Of a stretch of DNA of 64,000 bases, positions 49,277 to 61,059 are shown in pieces. How positions within the stretch are numbered: position 1 is the stretch's first letter; each line of letters begins with the position of its first letter. Origin of the DNA: a virus; the IMG/VR virus record IMGVR_UViG_3300050147_000079. One strand, 5' to 3'. The position numbers and the translations under genes are program-made. The notes under the pieces are model-generated. The model searched no databases. It was not told where the DNA came from and was given only the letters and a program-made list of their open reading frames with translations.

Positions 49277-51063
49277 TCAGGTTTCCTCCTGTTCACAACA
49301 ACGGGCAACCCAATCTTCGCCAAGAGCCCTCAGACCAGCTTCACCACCACCGGCGTTGACATAAATGGCTTTCTTCCGCTCTACTTCTTCCGGCGACAAT
49401 ACCACAATGCCGCAGTGGTACAGATCGCAATCGCTCCGTTGACCGTTATGAGCAGACACACAATGCATGTGTCCACTGTCGTAGTCAACGGAGATCACTT
49501 CGACAACCTGGCACGAGCAGTTCTCAACAAACACACCCGGCTTAACCTCATTGCGGAGCTCGACATACCACATCGGCTCAACGTTATTGGGGATCTCAAG
49601 TACAGTGTATTCACCACGCTTGTTTTCGTCCACGCGATCAATGATCCATTGCTCCGCGATTTCTTTGGTATCAAATGGCACGGTGACATCCTCGGGCCAC
49701 ATGTACAGCCGTTCAGCACCATGTACGATATCGAATCGCATGGGTGGATAGTATGATCGCTGCCCAGATGGCAGCACATCATATTTGACTTCAGGAAATT
49801 TCATCATTCTTCCTCATTCAGCAGGCCACCAACGTTTTGGATGTTAGTGGCACCGCCCTTGCCGTTACGGCGTGCTTCTGCAAGGAACACGGACAGGTTG
49901 GGACGCAGTTGGTCGACATTTTTCATCATGTCAACCAGAGACTTCACGGGCACGTCAGCAGCCGTTTGGCCGCCAACGAACACGCGGCTCGCATCAAACA
50001 CATTGCTGCGGAAGATGCCCTTCTTGGTCAAGTACTTCATCAGCGAACGCATCACGATGTACGTGTCCAGGTCGTTTGCCTTGCGTGACATGCCGAGCAG
50101 CCATGCCATCGCGTGAGTGAACTTCAGACCGATGTCGTACGTTGCCTTGACCGTCTTGGGAACGGTCGGCAGGTTGACGGTATGGAGCTCGATCATCAGA
50201 CGTGGCAGTTGAAGTGGTTCCACGAACTCGTAGCCGAACTGCTGGCCGATTTCTTGGCCAGCCTTCAACGCAAAATTCAGGTTGACGGACAGCGTTTCGT
50301 CAATGCGATCGAACGTGCCAGCACCGACCATGTTGGTCACGCCGTCCGTGTCCGTTCCCAGATTGGCAAACGCAACGTCCGTGATGTTGTCCATCTTGTC
50401 TTCCTTGTCCACACCCTTGAACTGCGTGGAGCCAACGTCCGACAGGTTTTTCCAGATCGGAGGAGAGATCGCGAACGCACCGTTGGTGGCGATGAATGCC
50501 ATACACGAACGGTTCGAGGGAGCCAGCTTGTCCTTGTTGCTCAGCTCTTGCAGGTCGACCGACGTCACAGGAACCTTGCGGAAGCGCCCATCTTCGGTCA
50601 GGTTGGCGCCACAGGCCGCTGCCACCTGCAGGTCATCTTGTTCGAAAGAGAACATATAGCGACCGTCGAAGTACCACTTGTGAGTGTTGGACGCAAGCAT
50701 CGGCTTGATCAATTGGTTGATGTTCGCTTCGCAGTCAGGGATCCAACGACGGGGCTTGCCGTCGAATCCTTCAGTTTCCAACGCACCCAGGCCAGCGAGA
50801 GGGTGGCGTTCCAGCGCGATCACGTGTTTGCCGTAACGCACGACAGCGGTGTACACCGGCTTGATGTACTTCGTGATCTTCTTGGTCTTCATGATGAACG
50901 CGCGTGCGACAGCCATCGGCACTTCAACACGCTTCGTCGTTTCTCGTTTGGCTTTCGCCGAAGCCGCTTCATCCACCACAGAAATGCTGCCGCCCAGCGA
51001 AGTTGTCACCATCTTCAGTTGGACGATTTCGACGGACAGCAGCGACTGGTCAAAATGAATCAT
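49277..51063 (-). CDS. Hypothetical proteins (49277-49807; 49804-51063, 419 aa)
   Basis: Long ORFs with ATGA coupling and biased codons. Confidence 0.7.
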
Positions 51064-51120
51064 TGTTGGGCTCTCGTTGTTTAACTGATGAAGCCACTAT
51101 AACGGATTTAGGGTTTCGAG

Positions 51121-51828
51121 TCAACGACCAGACTTGCGACGCTTAACCTTGAACAGTCTTGCGAAACTTTTGCCGTACAGCTTCCCGGTGGTACGAGCCC
51201 ACTTAGGTGTGCACTCACGTCGGCTCGGGTATTGTGCGTCGACTACCTGTTGACCCAACACCGGGTGGCGACGAACTTCCGCTTCTGTCATGTGGTTTGT
51301 GGCCATCAGACGCCGAACGACCTTTCCTTCCCGAGCATTTGCAATATGTGGGCGCTTGCTCAGTTCAGCCATCAACTCTTGTTCGGTGAACACTTCCCGA
51401 CGGTTGTGGCTCACTTTGAGTACAATTGCCTGCGGTTCGTTCGTCCAGTAATCATACCCGTGCGCTCGGTAGCTGCGCAGGGCACTCAACAGCGAACGAG
51501 TTGGGACATCTGCGATGGTCGGACAGTGCCAACGCATGAAGATCCACACATCGTCCTCGCCAGTTTTAACGAAGCCATTACGCTTCAGCGTAATGCGGGA
51601 GGCACGGTTTTCCGGCTCAACGCGGGCAGTGATATCCCGATCAGCGTTGGTGAGAATTTTGGCGAGCACTTTCGCCATCAACCCATTACCACGGAATTGT
51701 TCATTCAAGCTGTAGACAATCTCGTCGCTGTCATTACGGTCGGTCATAGTATACCAACCAGCGTATTGATTGTCAACGATGATGCGTGTTTGAACACTGC
51801 CGACGACCGGACGAAGTGTGATGTTCAC
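51121..51828 (-). CDS. GNAT-domain protein with basic C-terminal extension
   Basis: FRGNGLMAKVL...VEPENRASRITLKRNGF (RimJ/RimL-like). Confidence 0.65.
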   Translation of the reverse strand: MNITLRPVVGSVQTRIIVDNQYAGWYTMTDRNDSDEIVYSLNEQFRGNGLMAKVLAKILTNADRDITARVEPENRASRITLKRNGFVKTGEDDVWIFMRWHCPTIADVPTRSLLSALRSYRAHGYDYWTNEPQAIVLKVSHNRREVFTEQELMAELSKRPHIANAREGKVVRRLMATNHMTEAEVRRHPVLGQQVVDAQYPSRRECTPKWARTTGKLYGKSFARLFKVKRRKSGR

Positions 51829-54056
51829 TTGGGGACTCCGTGTTTGGCGAGCAGGCGCTTCAACTCAGCCTGCTCGTGCTGGAACTGATAGTCGCGGCGC
51901 CGTTGTTCAGCTTCTTCAATCTTGTCCTGCCTGCGTCGGTCCGCTTCTTGAACGAAGTTGATGGCGGGCGTGATCAGCTTTTCAACCAATTCAAATTCCA
52001 CCACTTCAGCATCCTGGTACACACTTCGACCGCGTGCACCAACCTGAGTAAAGTGGGAGGACAAATCGCCGAGACGCTTCCACACCTTGCCAGCCTTACT
52101 CCAGGAAGGACGGTCTCCGCCCTTGCTGTACAGGCCAGTTTTGGTGTTGCGGATTTTGTACATAGCCATGATCAGTGCACACTGATAGTGAATGGAGCAG
52201 CGTAGCTGGCGATGTACAAGACGAATCCTCCCGCCGCCGCGATTGCGAGGCCAACCAAAGTTTCCGGACTGGGCTTGCTGTTACTAGACGAGAAGATCCA
52301 CGTCAGGAAAGACAGCGCAATTCCGTTGTATACCAGCTTTGCACCGAGAGTGACCAGGGCGATGAAGCCGATCCATTGGGCGAGATTTGCCATGTTTTGT
52401 TTCTCCTTATTGAGGCCACACGAGGGTAGCGTGAGTGATTTCAGGATGATCCTTCCAGATCGGCGTGAACACAACGTCAGCGCCAGTTTCCTTCTTGACT
52501 TTCTTGGTCAGCCAGTTGAGATGCACCTGCAATTGCTCAGCCAGGACGCTGCGCTGGCCGTCCGAACTGCCTTTCATCTGGTCAATGCCACGCTTGACGC
52601 GGTCGATCACCTGCGTGACGTCCTCAAACACGGCGAGTTGTTCGTCAGACAGAGTGTTGAAATCGGCGTTGTCAGGGAACTTCATGTCGAACCGCCAGTC
52701 GGCCGCGTCGCTGATTTGGCCGTACGCGGCCGTTGGGTACTGGTTCGACCACACCTGACCGGTAGCGTCCTTCAACAGGAAGCCGTCGTACTTCTTTTCC
52801 TGGTTGGGATCTTGGTCCCAGGCAACCATGTGGTGTTCATCCACGGTCAACACATGCATCTTGACGTCATCGAGAACGTCCTCGCCTGGCCAGAACATCG
52901 GATTGCCGAACAAGCCCTTCTTGCCGCGGATGATGTAGCGGAACGCGATTACTTTTTCACCGACGCTGAAACGGGCCATGTTGATCTCCTGTGTTAGCTG
53001 ATGAAGCCACTATAACGGATCTAGGGTTTCGCGTCAACTGCCACATTGTGATATTTGCGGCAGTTGTGAGCCATGCTGTGGATGTAGTGTCCAAGCGCAT
53101 GCATCACGCTTTCCGCATCACATCCAGGATGCCGAACCACGTCAGCGACGATCACATCATACTTGCCATCACCACGACGTTCAACAATCAACGGATTTCC
53201 GTTTGCCATCTCAACATCCACGATCTTTCCCATCACGCGTCTCCGTAGTTGAAGTATGTGAAGCCTTCCACACCGTACGCGTCCAGTTCCTTGTTCGGAT
53301 CGTACGTGTATTCGCTCATCATCTTTTCACGAGCGTCCGCTTCGCTGTGTGTGATCACGATCAAGCAGCCATAGATGCCGTGACCTTGCACGTACACCTT
53401 CAGTTCAGTCTTTGCAGTAGAATTGGTCATCTCGTGCTCCGTATTGTTTCATTTTCTTGTTGACGAGGTCGTGGCTCGGTTTGGCACCGAGCCACGACAA
53501 CACAAAGTACTTCTTTCCTCTGTGAGAATCGTGGCAGCCGAGGTAGCGATATTGTTGGGTGTCTCCGTCACAACATCCACCAACCAGTTGTTGGGCTGCA
53601 CTGAGCGTCTCGCACGGCAGCACTTCCCAGCCGTGATTGCGGTCAGGATAGATGTCAACAACCGTGATCGGCTCAAACCCTCGCAGTTCAGCGATCTGTA
53701 GGAGAAGACCGTGGATGATGGCACCATGGTCATACCCCCAGCGGCGAAGGAGATCGACAATTTCCTCACGAGTCACCGTGGTGGCGTCAAACAGCTTGGA
53801 AGCACGGACGGGGGGCAGAGTGAGCATATCAACTAACCTTTTTGATGAAATGGATGCAGCCGTAGTTTGGACCAGTTTTCAGACGACCAGGATCACCAGG
53901 CTCTCCGTGGCCACCCTGGCCACGCTCAGGCTTCACAGGCTGGTCTTCACCGCCAGTCGGCTGATTGCAGTAGCCTCGGTCAGATCGGCAGAACCAACCC
54001 TCACCAGGCTCCCAGTACTTGCAGTCCTTACAGTGTCCCATGTTCGACTCCCTCAA
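51825..54056 (-). CDS. Small hypothetical proteins (51825-52169, 52172 to about 52394, 52407-52979, 53021-53236, 53233-53430, 53405-53827, 53829 to about 54041)
   Basis: Coupled ORFs; near-identical promoters at about 51090-51124 and 53000-53037. Confidence 0.6.
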
Positions 54057-55249
54057 CGGTGAACGATTCGGATGCCAGACGAAATACCCAGCTGCTTGTT
54101 AGTGCGGTGAGTGATGTAGTTGAACTGGCGTTCAACCCAGCGACCACCTTCCTTGTTGACGAGACGATGCGATTCCGGAGTACCAACGACAACGGTCGTA
54201 TCCAGATTGCGGCCAGACAGCGGGTTGACGAGCTCCCACACGTTGCAGTCGCTGTCAGGACGTGCAGCACGGCCAATCACTTGGTTCAGCTGCGGATACG
54301 AACCGAACTGGCGACCAAGCACCACGTCAGTGCAGCCTTTGACGTCCACACCTTCGTTGATCTTGTTGCAGTTGATCAGAAACTTCACCTCACCACGTGA
54401 GAATGCTTCCAGCAGGTTGTTCAGTTCCCGCTCATTCTGGTCAGTGATGCCAACAGCATCGTAGCCCAGGTTTTCCAGCACCGTGGCGATCGCGTTCACT
54501 TCCTTCTTCGTCTTGACGAACACCATCGTCTGACCCATCTGCCATGCGTATTCGGCGAAGATGTCAGTCAGCACAGCGACCTTTTCCTTCGACGGCACGT
54601 CGATGAACGAGTGAATGTGGGTGGGAGCCAGGTAGCCCTCAGCCACAGCTTGTTCACGAGAGATCGGATTGACGATGTTGTCGAACTTGATCAGGCAACC
54701 GTCAGCACGATCAGGAGTGGCAGTGAGGCCAATGATCGGAAAGTTGCCGAGCTTTTCCAGATGGTACTGAATCGTCGACATGGCCTCGTGGTGAGCTTCG
54801 TCGATACAGACGATATCCACTTCCAGATCCGCCGGCAGATCGCTGAACGCTGATTGTTGGATGAACTGCACACCTTCAGCGTCAGCGTATGCGAGTTCAG
54901 CTTGCGACAGCAGACGGTGCTTGTGAGCGATGAACAGCAGGCGCAGAGGCTTGCCGTCCTCGATGCCGAGGGCCTTGCGCACACGGATCGACGAAAACAC
55001 GAGGCCAGACGTGATCGTCTTGCCAGCGCCAGTCGGCAGCACGATCAGGATGCGAGCGTTGCGATTCGCTTCCAGGTGCGCTTCCACGGCGTTGCGAGCA
55101 GCGATCTGGTACCAGCGAACCTCCTTGTCGCCGAACATTTCACTGTCCTCATCACCCACAGCTTCACTGGCAGCGGAGGCAACGTCGAGTTGTTCGAATT
55201 CGTCGAGAGCGATGTCAGACATTGATTTAGTCCTGTGTGTTGAACGCAA
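54053..55249 (-). CDS. Superfamily 2 (DExH, ResIII-like) helicase
   Basis: LPTGAGKT, IDEAHH, GLTATP, EGVDV and QVIGRAAR motifs. Confidence 0.92.
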   Translation of the reverse strand: MRSTHRTKSMSDIALDEFEQLDVASAASEAVGDEDSEMFGDKEVRWYQIAARNAVEAHLEANRNARILIVLPTGAGKTITSGLVFSSIRVRKALGIEDGKPLRLLFIAHKHRLLSQAELAYADAEGVQFIQQSAFSDLPADLEVDIVCIDEAHHEAMSTIQYHLEKLGNFPIIGLTATPDRADGCLIKFDNIVNPISREQAVAEGYLAPTHIHSFIDVPSKEKVAVLTDIFAEYAWQMGQTMVFVKTKKEVNAIATVLENLGYDAVGITDQNERELNNLLEAFSRGEVKFLINCNKINEGVDVKGCTDVVLGRQFGSYPQLNQVIGRAARPDSDCNVWELVNPLSGRNLDTTVVVGTPESHRLVNKEGGRWVERQFNYITHRTNKQLGISSGIRIVHR

Positions 55250-55294
55250 TAACGCTACTATATGCGTTTAAGGGTGAAACGTCAACGGGCCAAG

Positions 55295-55978
55295 TCAATA
55301 ACGAACGAGCACATTGCGAATGTCGCTGCGGCCATGCACCTTGCGAGGCAACAGCGGATTCTGAGTGCACGTATCGTCTTCAATCTCAATTGGCACAAAC
55401 GACACGCGCCAGAACGTGCGCATCGTACCAGCCGCCACCAGTGGGCGGTGATGGACGCAGTACGGATCCATCAAATAGACACGATGGGGAGCCCCGACAA
55501 ACCGCTCTCCCTGATCCTCACGGTCCTGGAAGTAGCGATGAATGTTGTGCTTGAACGGGTCGAAGTCGGCAGGGATCTCCCAGTTGTTCAGCAGGAATTC
55601 TGTCGGAGCAGAATGGCTGCACACATAGTCTTGCTCTGGAAGATGGGGGCATCGCATGGAGAACCCGTCAACATGCCATTCAGCATCGCGGCTGGATGTG
55701 ACGATGCCGTGACGCACAGTGACGTACACGTACTGGTTGTTGAAGCCGAGATCATCTTGGAGATCACACAAGAGTTCAATCTCACTCCGCAACCAGTCAA
55801 GTTCGTTGGGGATGTAGAGGCAACAAGAACCCGGGCTGCGGACCATCATGCGCAGGATGTATTGCCGATCCACAGGAGGAACAGCAACCGAATCAATCAT
55901 GTGGATTGGATGGCTACCTGAGGCAAAATCAGCCAAGTTCAGGTTGCGCCGAGCACGTTGTTGGAATTCAGCGAGCAT
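55295..55978 (-). CDS. Possible 2OG-Fe(II) oxygenase-fold protein
   Basis: WHVD...VHHRP...RTFWRVSF pattern (HxD..H..R). Confidence 0.45.
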   Translation of the reverse strand: MLAEFQQRARRNLNLADFASGSHPIHMIDSVAVPPVDRQYILRMMVRSPGSCCLYIPNELDWLRSEIELLCDLQDDLGFNNQYVYVTVRHGIVTSSRDAEWHVDGFSMRCPHLPEQDYVCSHSAPTEFLLNNWEIPADFDPFKHNIHRYFQDREDQGERFVGAPHRVYLMDPYCVHHRPLVAAGTMRTFWRVSFVPIEIEDDTCTQNPLLPRKVHGRSDIRNVLVRY

Positions 55979-56055
55979 AGGATGGTTCCGGTCTGTGTAG
56001 ATGAAGCCATCCTATGCGGTTAAGGGTGAAACGTCAACAGCTCACCGATTAGGCA

Positions 56056-57596
56056 TCAAACTCGAGTCGTGCGTTTCTGAACGATGTGCTCGAACGTCAG
56101 TTGACGAATGCCAACAACTGCAATCGGCTCACTCTTGCCCATATGGGAGGACGGACAGGCGCCGTATTGCTTGGCGCGCTCCAGCACCAGCTGCAGTTCT
56201 TCTTCCGTCAGCGGCTCTTCCAAGCCAACAGCAACGGATTCATACGCGGGGTAGCCCTGGGTGCCATCATCGTCAGAATGGCCACCGCGGCCATTATTGA
56301 GCCGCCCGGGCGTTGGCCAAATGGTTGTAGCAACCTCCGCGTATTCATCGTGGTGCATCAATCGGACCTTTTCTTCGAGTGTTTCCAGTCTGGGGTCGGC
56401 TGCTTTTGCTTCTTCAAATTTTTCGTACTCCGGGCCGCCGTGATACCCGTCGGGGTTGAACGCCCCCACCATGAACGCCCCCATTTCACGTTCGAAGTTG
56501 CCCGAATACGAGCGCGTGTCAACGATCACGAAGTGATTGAGGCCGTTGTGGAGCTTGATGTCGTACGGAACGTCGTTGGCGAACCGGTCAGATTGTCGTT
56601 CAGTCATTGGCAATTCCTTTCAACAGCAACGACTTCAGTAGTCGTTTCGGCAATGTGAAAAAACGCAGGATTGCGCTTCTGACGTGGATCGTACAGCGGA
56701 TTAGTGATTCGGTAAACGGCCACATCCGTCACCACACCATTCTCAAATGTTTCAGTTGCGTAGTACACAACCTCGAAGTTCTTGTCAGCGCGGTGGTGAT
56801 CGTCGATCATTTCATCAGCTGCATTCGGCCCAGGCACTCGCAGGAGCACACTGGAGCCGAATAGCTCATTTTTGTTCATTTCGTTTGACCATCCTTTCTT
56901 TCCGTTTCGCTTCTTCTGCGTGAGCGTACGCAATCCGATTTTGGGAATATCGAATCTGAGCACTGTATGCTTCGATCGCATACGTCGCACCACGAATGTT
57001 GTTCAGCTCCGCAGTCACCGTCTCGTCGAGAGTGGCGTTGCGCTTGGGCCGAAGCATCGGCATGTCGATGACATCATCTTCACGTTTGCGGTCGTACGTG
57101 CGAATCTTGATGGGCATGTCACCATCACAATCTTCGCCCCATTTTGCACGAGCCACGTCGTACATCAGCGTGATGAACTCTTGGTGTTCATCAGCAGTGA
57201 TGGTAGGCCACTCGCCGTGAGGGTCGTGGTTGGGAGTTGCCAGGAATGCTGCGAGCCGCTCGTGGATACCTTGCGTCACGGCTCTTCTTCCTGGTCTTCA
57301 ACATCGTTCAGATCCAGGACGTCAACACACTTCGGGTGGATGCTGCCTTGGCCTTCGTTCACGTACAGGCCGCCACAAGCAGGGCAACGCTCGTCACCAT
57401 GCTCGTCGTAGTATTGACGGTAGCCGAGGTGATTGGTGCGGCATTCAAAAGCATCCATGTTACTGGCACTCCTTCGGTTGGTGGTACTTGACACATTCGG
57501 TGTAGCGGACCGTCTTTTGCTTTTCCGCCAGGGTACCACTGAGTGCGAGGCCTCCGTAGATAGCAACAAACACAATGGTCGCACAAACGCATTCAA
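56056..57596 (-). CDS. Hypothetical proteins (56056-56613, 56604 to about 56880, 56866-57279, 57276 to about 57460)
   Basis: Coupled ORFs. Confidence 0.55.
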
Positions 57597-57619
57597 ATTT
57601 GCTCATGATTCCAGCTCTT

Positions 57620-58162
57620 TCACTTCAGATGATTCGCGTACTTTACCCCAAAATCATTCGGAGTCAACAGGTCGAGATCGGCGACCACATCAGCACGGTC
57701 ATGGTGAGCGGTCAGGCCCTTGATTTGAGCAGCAGTCCAGAGACCAGCTGCGTATGCATCTCGTGCAGTCTTCATTTGGCGAGCCTTCCACAGCTTCTCG
57801 GATGCTTCGTATTTGCTGGGGTTGTCTTTGCGCGACCTCTCGTATGCACCTTCCGGCCAGCGCGAGGGACCGGTGAACGAGAACGGATTGGTCGCGCGTG
57901 CGGTGTTGCGCAGGTCAAACGCTTCCACTTCGCTGTCAACCTTGTCAATCACGGTGTGACGGAGTGCAGTGGCATCATTGCCATGATCAGCCAGAAACCG
58001 GACATCACCGCGATCTTCCTTGCGGGTTGCACCGACGAGGAAGTGCGCGATTGGCTCAACCGCGTCCTGCGGACAGTAGCCGATGTACACACTGGTACTG
58101 TTCGGCCCGCTGATTTCGTAGACAATGTGGGGCATGATGATGTTGGGAGTTTCGATACCCAC
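57620..58162 (-). CDS. Hypothetical protein, possible GIY-YIG-like N-terminus
   Basis: HIVYEI...VYIGY. Confidence 0.35.
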   Translation of the reverse strand: MGIETPNIIMPHIVYEISGPNSTSVYIGYCPQDAVEPIAHFLVGATRKEDRGDVRFLADHGNDATALRHTVIDKVDSEVEAFDLRNTARATNPFSFTGPSRWPEGAYERSRKDNPSKYEASEKLWKARQMKTARDAYAAGLWTAAQIKGLTAHHDRADVVADLDLLTPNDFGVKYANHLK

Positions 58163-58179
58163 ATCATCAAGAGCTCTAG

Positions 58180-59150
58180 TTAAGAAGTCAACGGACCACG
58201 CTTGAACAAACGAGTAACCAACGAGAAGAAGTTTGTCACACGGTGCATGATCGGGCGCACAAAGCTCTTTTTGACTTGCTTCTTTGCCTTCTTTGCTTTC
58301 TTGCCAGTGTTGACGACGGGTGCAGGGAGCACCAGCGTCGGTGCCGGTCGTTTGGACGGATCGAGCGCATACTGGATCTCTTCACGGATGTGTGCTGCTG
58401 TGGTGAGCGCTTGCTGTTCGGTTGTGTTTGCTCGGACTTTCTTCCGGGTCTGATCAAGCAAGGATTGCAGGCGAATTGCGGCCTTCTTGTCGGTCGTTTG
58501 GTTCATTGCTGCCTGCACATCCATTAGGGCAAAGATGTAATCGCGTTTCGGCGTGGAGCGGAAATGCACATTCAAGTGATCCTCCGGATTGCTCTTCACG
58601 CGGTCAATTTCCGCCATCGACATGTGGTTCATTTTCTTGGCATTGCACGGCTGACACATCGTCTGGAAGTTCGACACGCTGTAGCGACCACCGAGACTGT
58701 CAGGCAGAATGTGGTCAACGGAGAACATGACCAATCCCCTCTCGCCGAGGTGGTACAGGTTGATGTACTGTTGCTGCAAATCATTGCGGTGTTTTTCAAC
58801 CAAGAAAATGTTCGCTTCCAGCCCACACGAGACGCAACACATATTGCTGCGGAAGGTACGAAGACGCTTGGGAGTAACAACAGCGGGGATACCTTGCAGT
58901 TCCCAGCGCTGGTACTTACCACCTTGCCCAGACTCGGTAGTGTCTGTCAGACGACTGAACACGAGATCGGGATGGAATGCACCGTAATGGTTCTTGGAGG
59001 TCTTTTCTGCGATACGTTCACCGTATTGAGCAACCAGCGATTCCACAGCTGGGTCGATCGTCATCGTGTGAAGGACCGTGAACAGTGGGAGTTGCTCCCA
59101 TTGTTCCTTTTGTTGCTTGACAGTTGTCATCCGTTTACGACCCCTCTTTG
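58180..59150 (-). CDS. HNH-domain protein with long N- and C-terminal extensions
   Basis: CVSCG..VDHILPDSLGG..NFQTMCQPCNAKK. Confidence 0.8.
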
Positions 59151-59213
59151 AAGTATTAGACACAGAGCCGTTGCTCGTCACTTTTCATACTTTCTCATCT
59201 TTAGGGGAAGCTT

Positions 59214-59966
59214 TCAACAGAGCGGATCAGTAATGACCAGCTGCGGACCACCGACAGCAAACCGAACCATCACATTCTTTGAATGTAAATCATACCACAC
59301 AGTTTGCGGTACTTTCTTTTTGATTGCGTTAATCAAAAGGACGGCTTGTACTAGGTTTGGATCCAGTTCTTTTGTCCATTCTTTGTCATACACTTGGTTA
59401 CTACGTGCAATATTTTCAACGCCACGTGACAATTGATGTATCAATGCGTTACGGTACTGTGCACGGTCCCTATTATCCAGGTTATCAGGGTCGGAACCAA
59501 ACGCTTTGCGATACATTGCTTCTAGATGCTCAATTCCAACCCGTTGAATCGGCAGCAATTTCTCCATCTTAATCGTAATCAAATAAGCTGGATGATTATA
59601 ATACTCCTCTGGTTCATTCTCAACTCCCGCTGCAACACGCAACCGCTTCCATTCTTCAGCGGGAACTTGTTGAGGGGTGATCGATTCAATACGAGGGAGG
59701 AACGGATTGGATTTTGACAAGCGGCGAGATATGTTTGCATACTTGATGTATGCATTGTTCTTGAGGTCTTCCTGAGAAGATGACATCACTTTTGTGATAC
59801 CAATAACACCCCGCTCCTTGTATGCGACGGCTTCTACGCCCGCTCCGAGAACGATTACCTCACCAGCGCTTGTTTGGATTGGGCCACGCTCAATACCGCC
59901 AGACATATATGCCTCAACGTCTTTCAGGCTAGCTGATGTTCCTTGGTGTAATTCGAATAGTTTCAT
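59214..59966 (-). CDS. Protein-kinase-like fold protein (MKLFEL N-terminus)
   Basis: Gly-rich loop LGAGVEAVAY, catalytic-loop-like DLHSKNVM and VITDP. Confidence 0.7.
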   Translation of the reverse strand: MKLFELHQGTSASLKDVEAYMSGGIERGPIQTSAGEVIVLGAGVEAVAYKERGVIGITKVMSSSQEDLKNNAYIKYANISRRLSKSNPFLPRIESITPQQVPAEEWKRLRVAAGVENEPEEYYNHPAYLITIKMEKLLPIQRVGIEHLEAMYRKAFGSDPDNLDNRDRAQYRNALIHQLSRGVENIARSNQVYDKEWTKELDPNLVQAVLLINAIKKKVPQTVWYDLHSKNVMVRFAVGGPQLVITDPLC

Positions 59967-60493
59967 TAGAACCTCGCGTATTTTGCCATGCCCATATCAA
60001 TCAAGGCTTCTTGGGCTTCAAGGGCGTCACGACCCTGGTTCCTGTAATCATTAACTAGATCCTGTGCCTCTGGGAAGTTCTTCGTAAAGAAAATGTATCC
60101 AACCGTTGCTTTGCACTTGAACACATTGAGCATGTGTCGCTCAGTGTAGATGCCAAGTGGCGATCCATCTATGACTAAACGCCTTGGGATGTGTCCCACT
60201 AATCCGTTAAATGATTTGAGTGCTGGAGCACCTCGGAATGACAAATTTCGTCCAACATATGTTGGACCGTTTGTGAAATCTTCGAGGCTGGACTGCTCAC
60301 CGTACACATTACCTGACACGTTACCAATAGGTACGATGAAATGTGTATCGCCTGTCTCCAGCCACAGACCGCCGTCAATGTCGACACGTCCGGTGGTTGG
60401 ATTTATCAGGTATTCACCTTTGGTTCGAGATGAGAGCCACTCGTGGTGGTCTGGGGTGAGCATCTTCCCAGCATTGATTTCAAGTAATTTCAT
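59966..60493 (-). CDS. Hypothetical protein (MKLLEI N-terminus), paralog of 1469-2071
   Basis: Shared motifs with 1469-2071; TAAATA at plus 60500-60505. Confidence 0.65.
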   Translation of the reverse strand: MKLLEINAGKMLTPDHHEWLSSRTKGEYLINPTTGRVDIDGGLWLETGDTHFIVPIGNVSGNVYGEQSSLEDFTNGPTYVGRNLSFRGAPALKSFNGLVGHIPRRLVIDGSPLGIYTERHMLNVFKCKATVGYIFFTKNFPEAQDLVNDYRNQGRDALEAQEALIDMGMAKYARF

Positions 60494-60549
60494 GGGCAGT
60501 ATTTACTTGACTGTTGTCGAAGCTCTTTCGTTTATCAGATGATGTAAAA

Positions 60550-60915
60550 TCAGTTGAGCATGCCTTCATGTCTCAACTTCAATGCTGTGCGAGCATCATC
60601 CGCAGGGAATTGCTTTATCACTTCAAGTAGGTCATCTCGAACAGCTGGGACAGCTTTGTCGAACGTGGCTGCCAGCAGTTCTGCAACCTCCGTCATTCCA
60701 TCATCCACCTCATCCATCTCTTCAATTGGCATGAGGTTTCTTGCTTGTCGCTCAATCGGCAACAGCAGAACGTCAGCTACAGCGATTTCCATCAGTTGTT
60801 TGTACCAAGTATCAAGCGTCCCGTCGGTACGGTGTTGGTAGTAGATGTCAGAGTCCAAAGCTAGGTGTTCAAGTTTATCAATCACTTGTGTGAATTCGAT
60901 TGGGCGTTCATTCAT
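60550..60915 (-). CDS. Hypothetical protein
   Basis: 121-aa ORF with SD. Confidence 0.6.
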   Translation of the reverse strand: MNERPIEFTQVIDKLEHLALDSDIYYQHRTDGTLDTWYKQLMEIAVADVLLLPIERQARNLMPIEEMDEVDDGMTEVAELLAATFDKAVPAVRDDLLEVIKQFPADDARTALKLRHEGMLN

Positions 60916-61059
60916 TGTGAACCGTCTCCTTATATGCGCACCGGTTAACTATCTAGGCGAACTCCATTTACCAGAACGGAAACAAAGAAGGGATGTGATA
61001 CTGTATCACATCCCTTCTAGCTTGCGTCTCACGCACAACTGTGAGACGGTTACGTTTGT

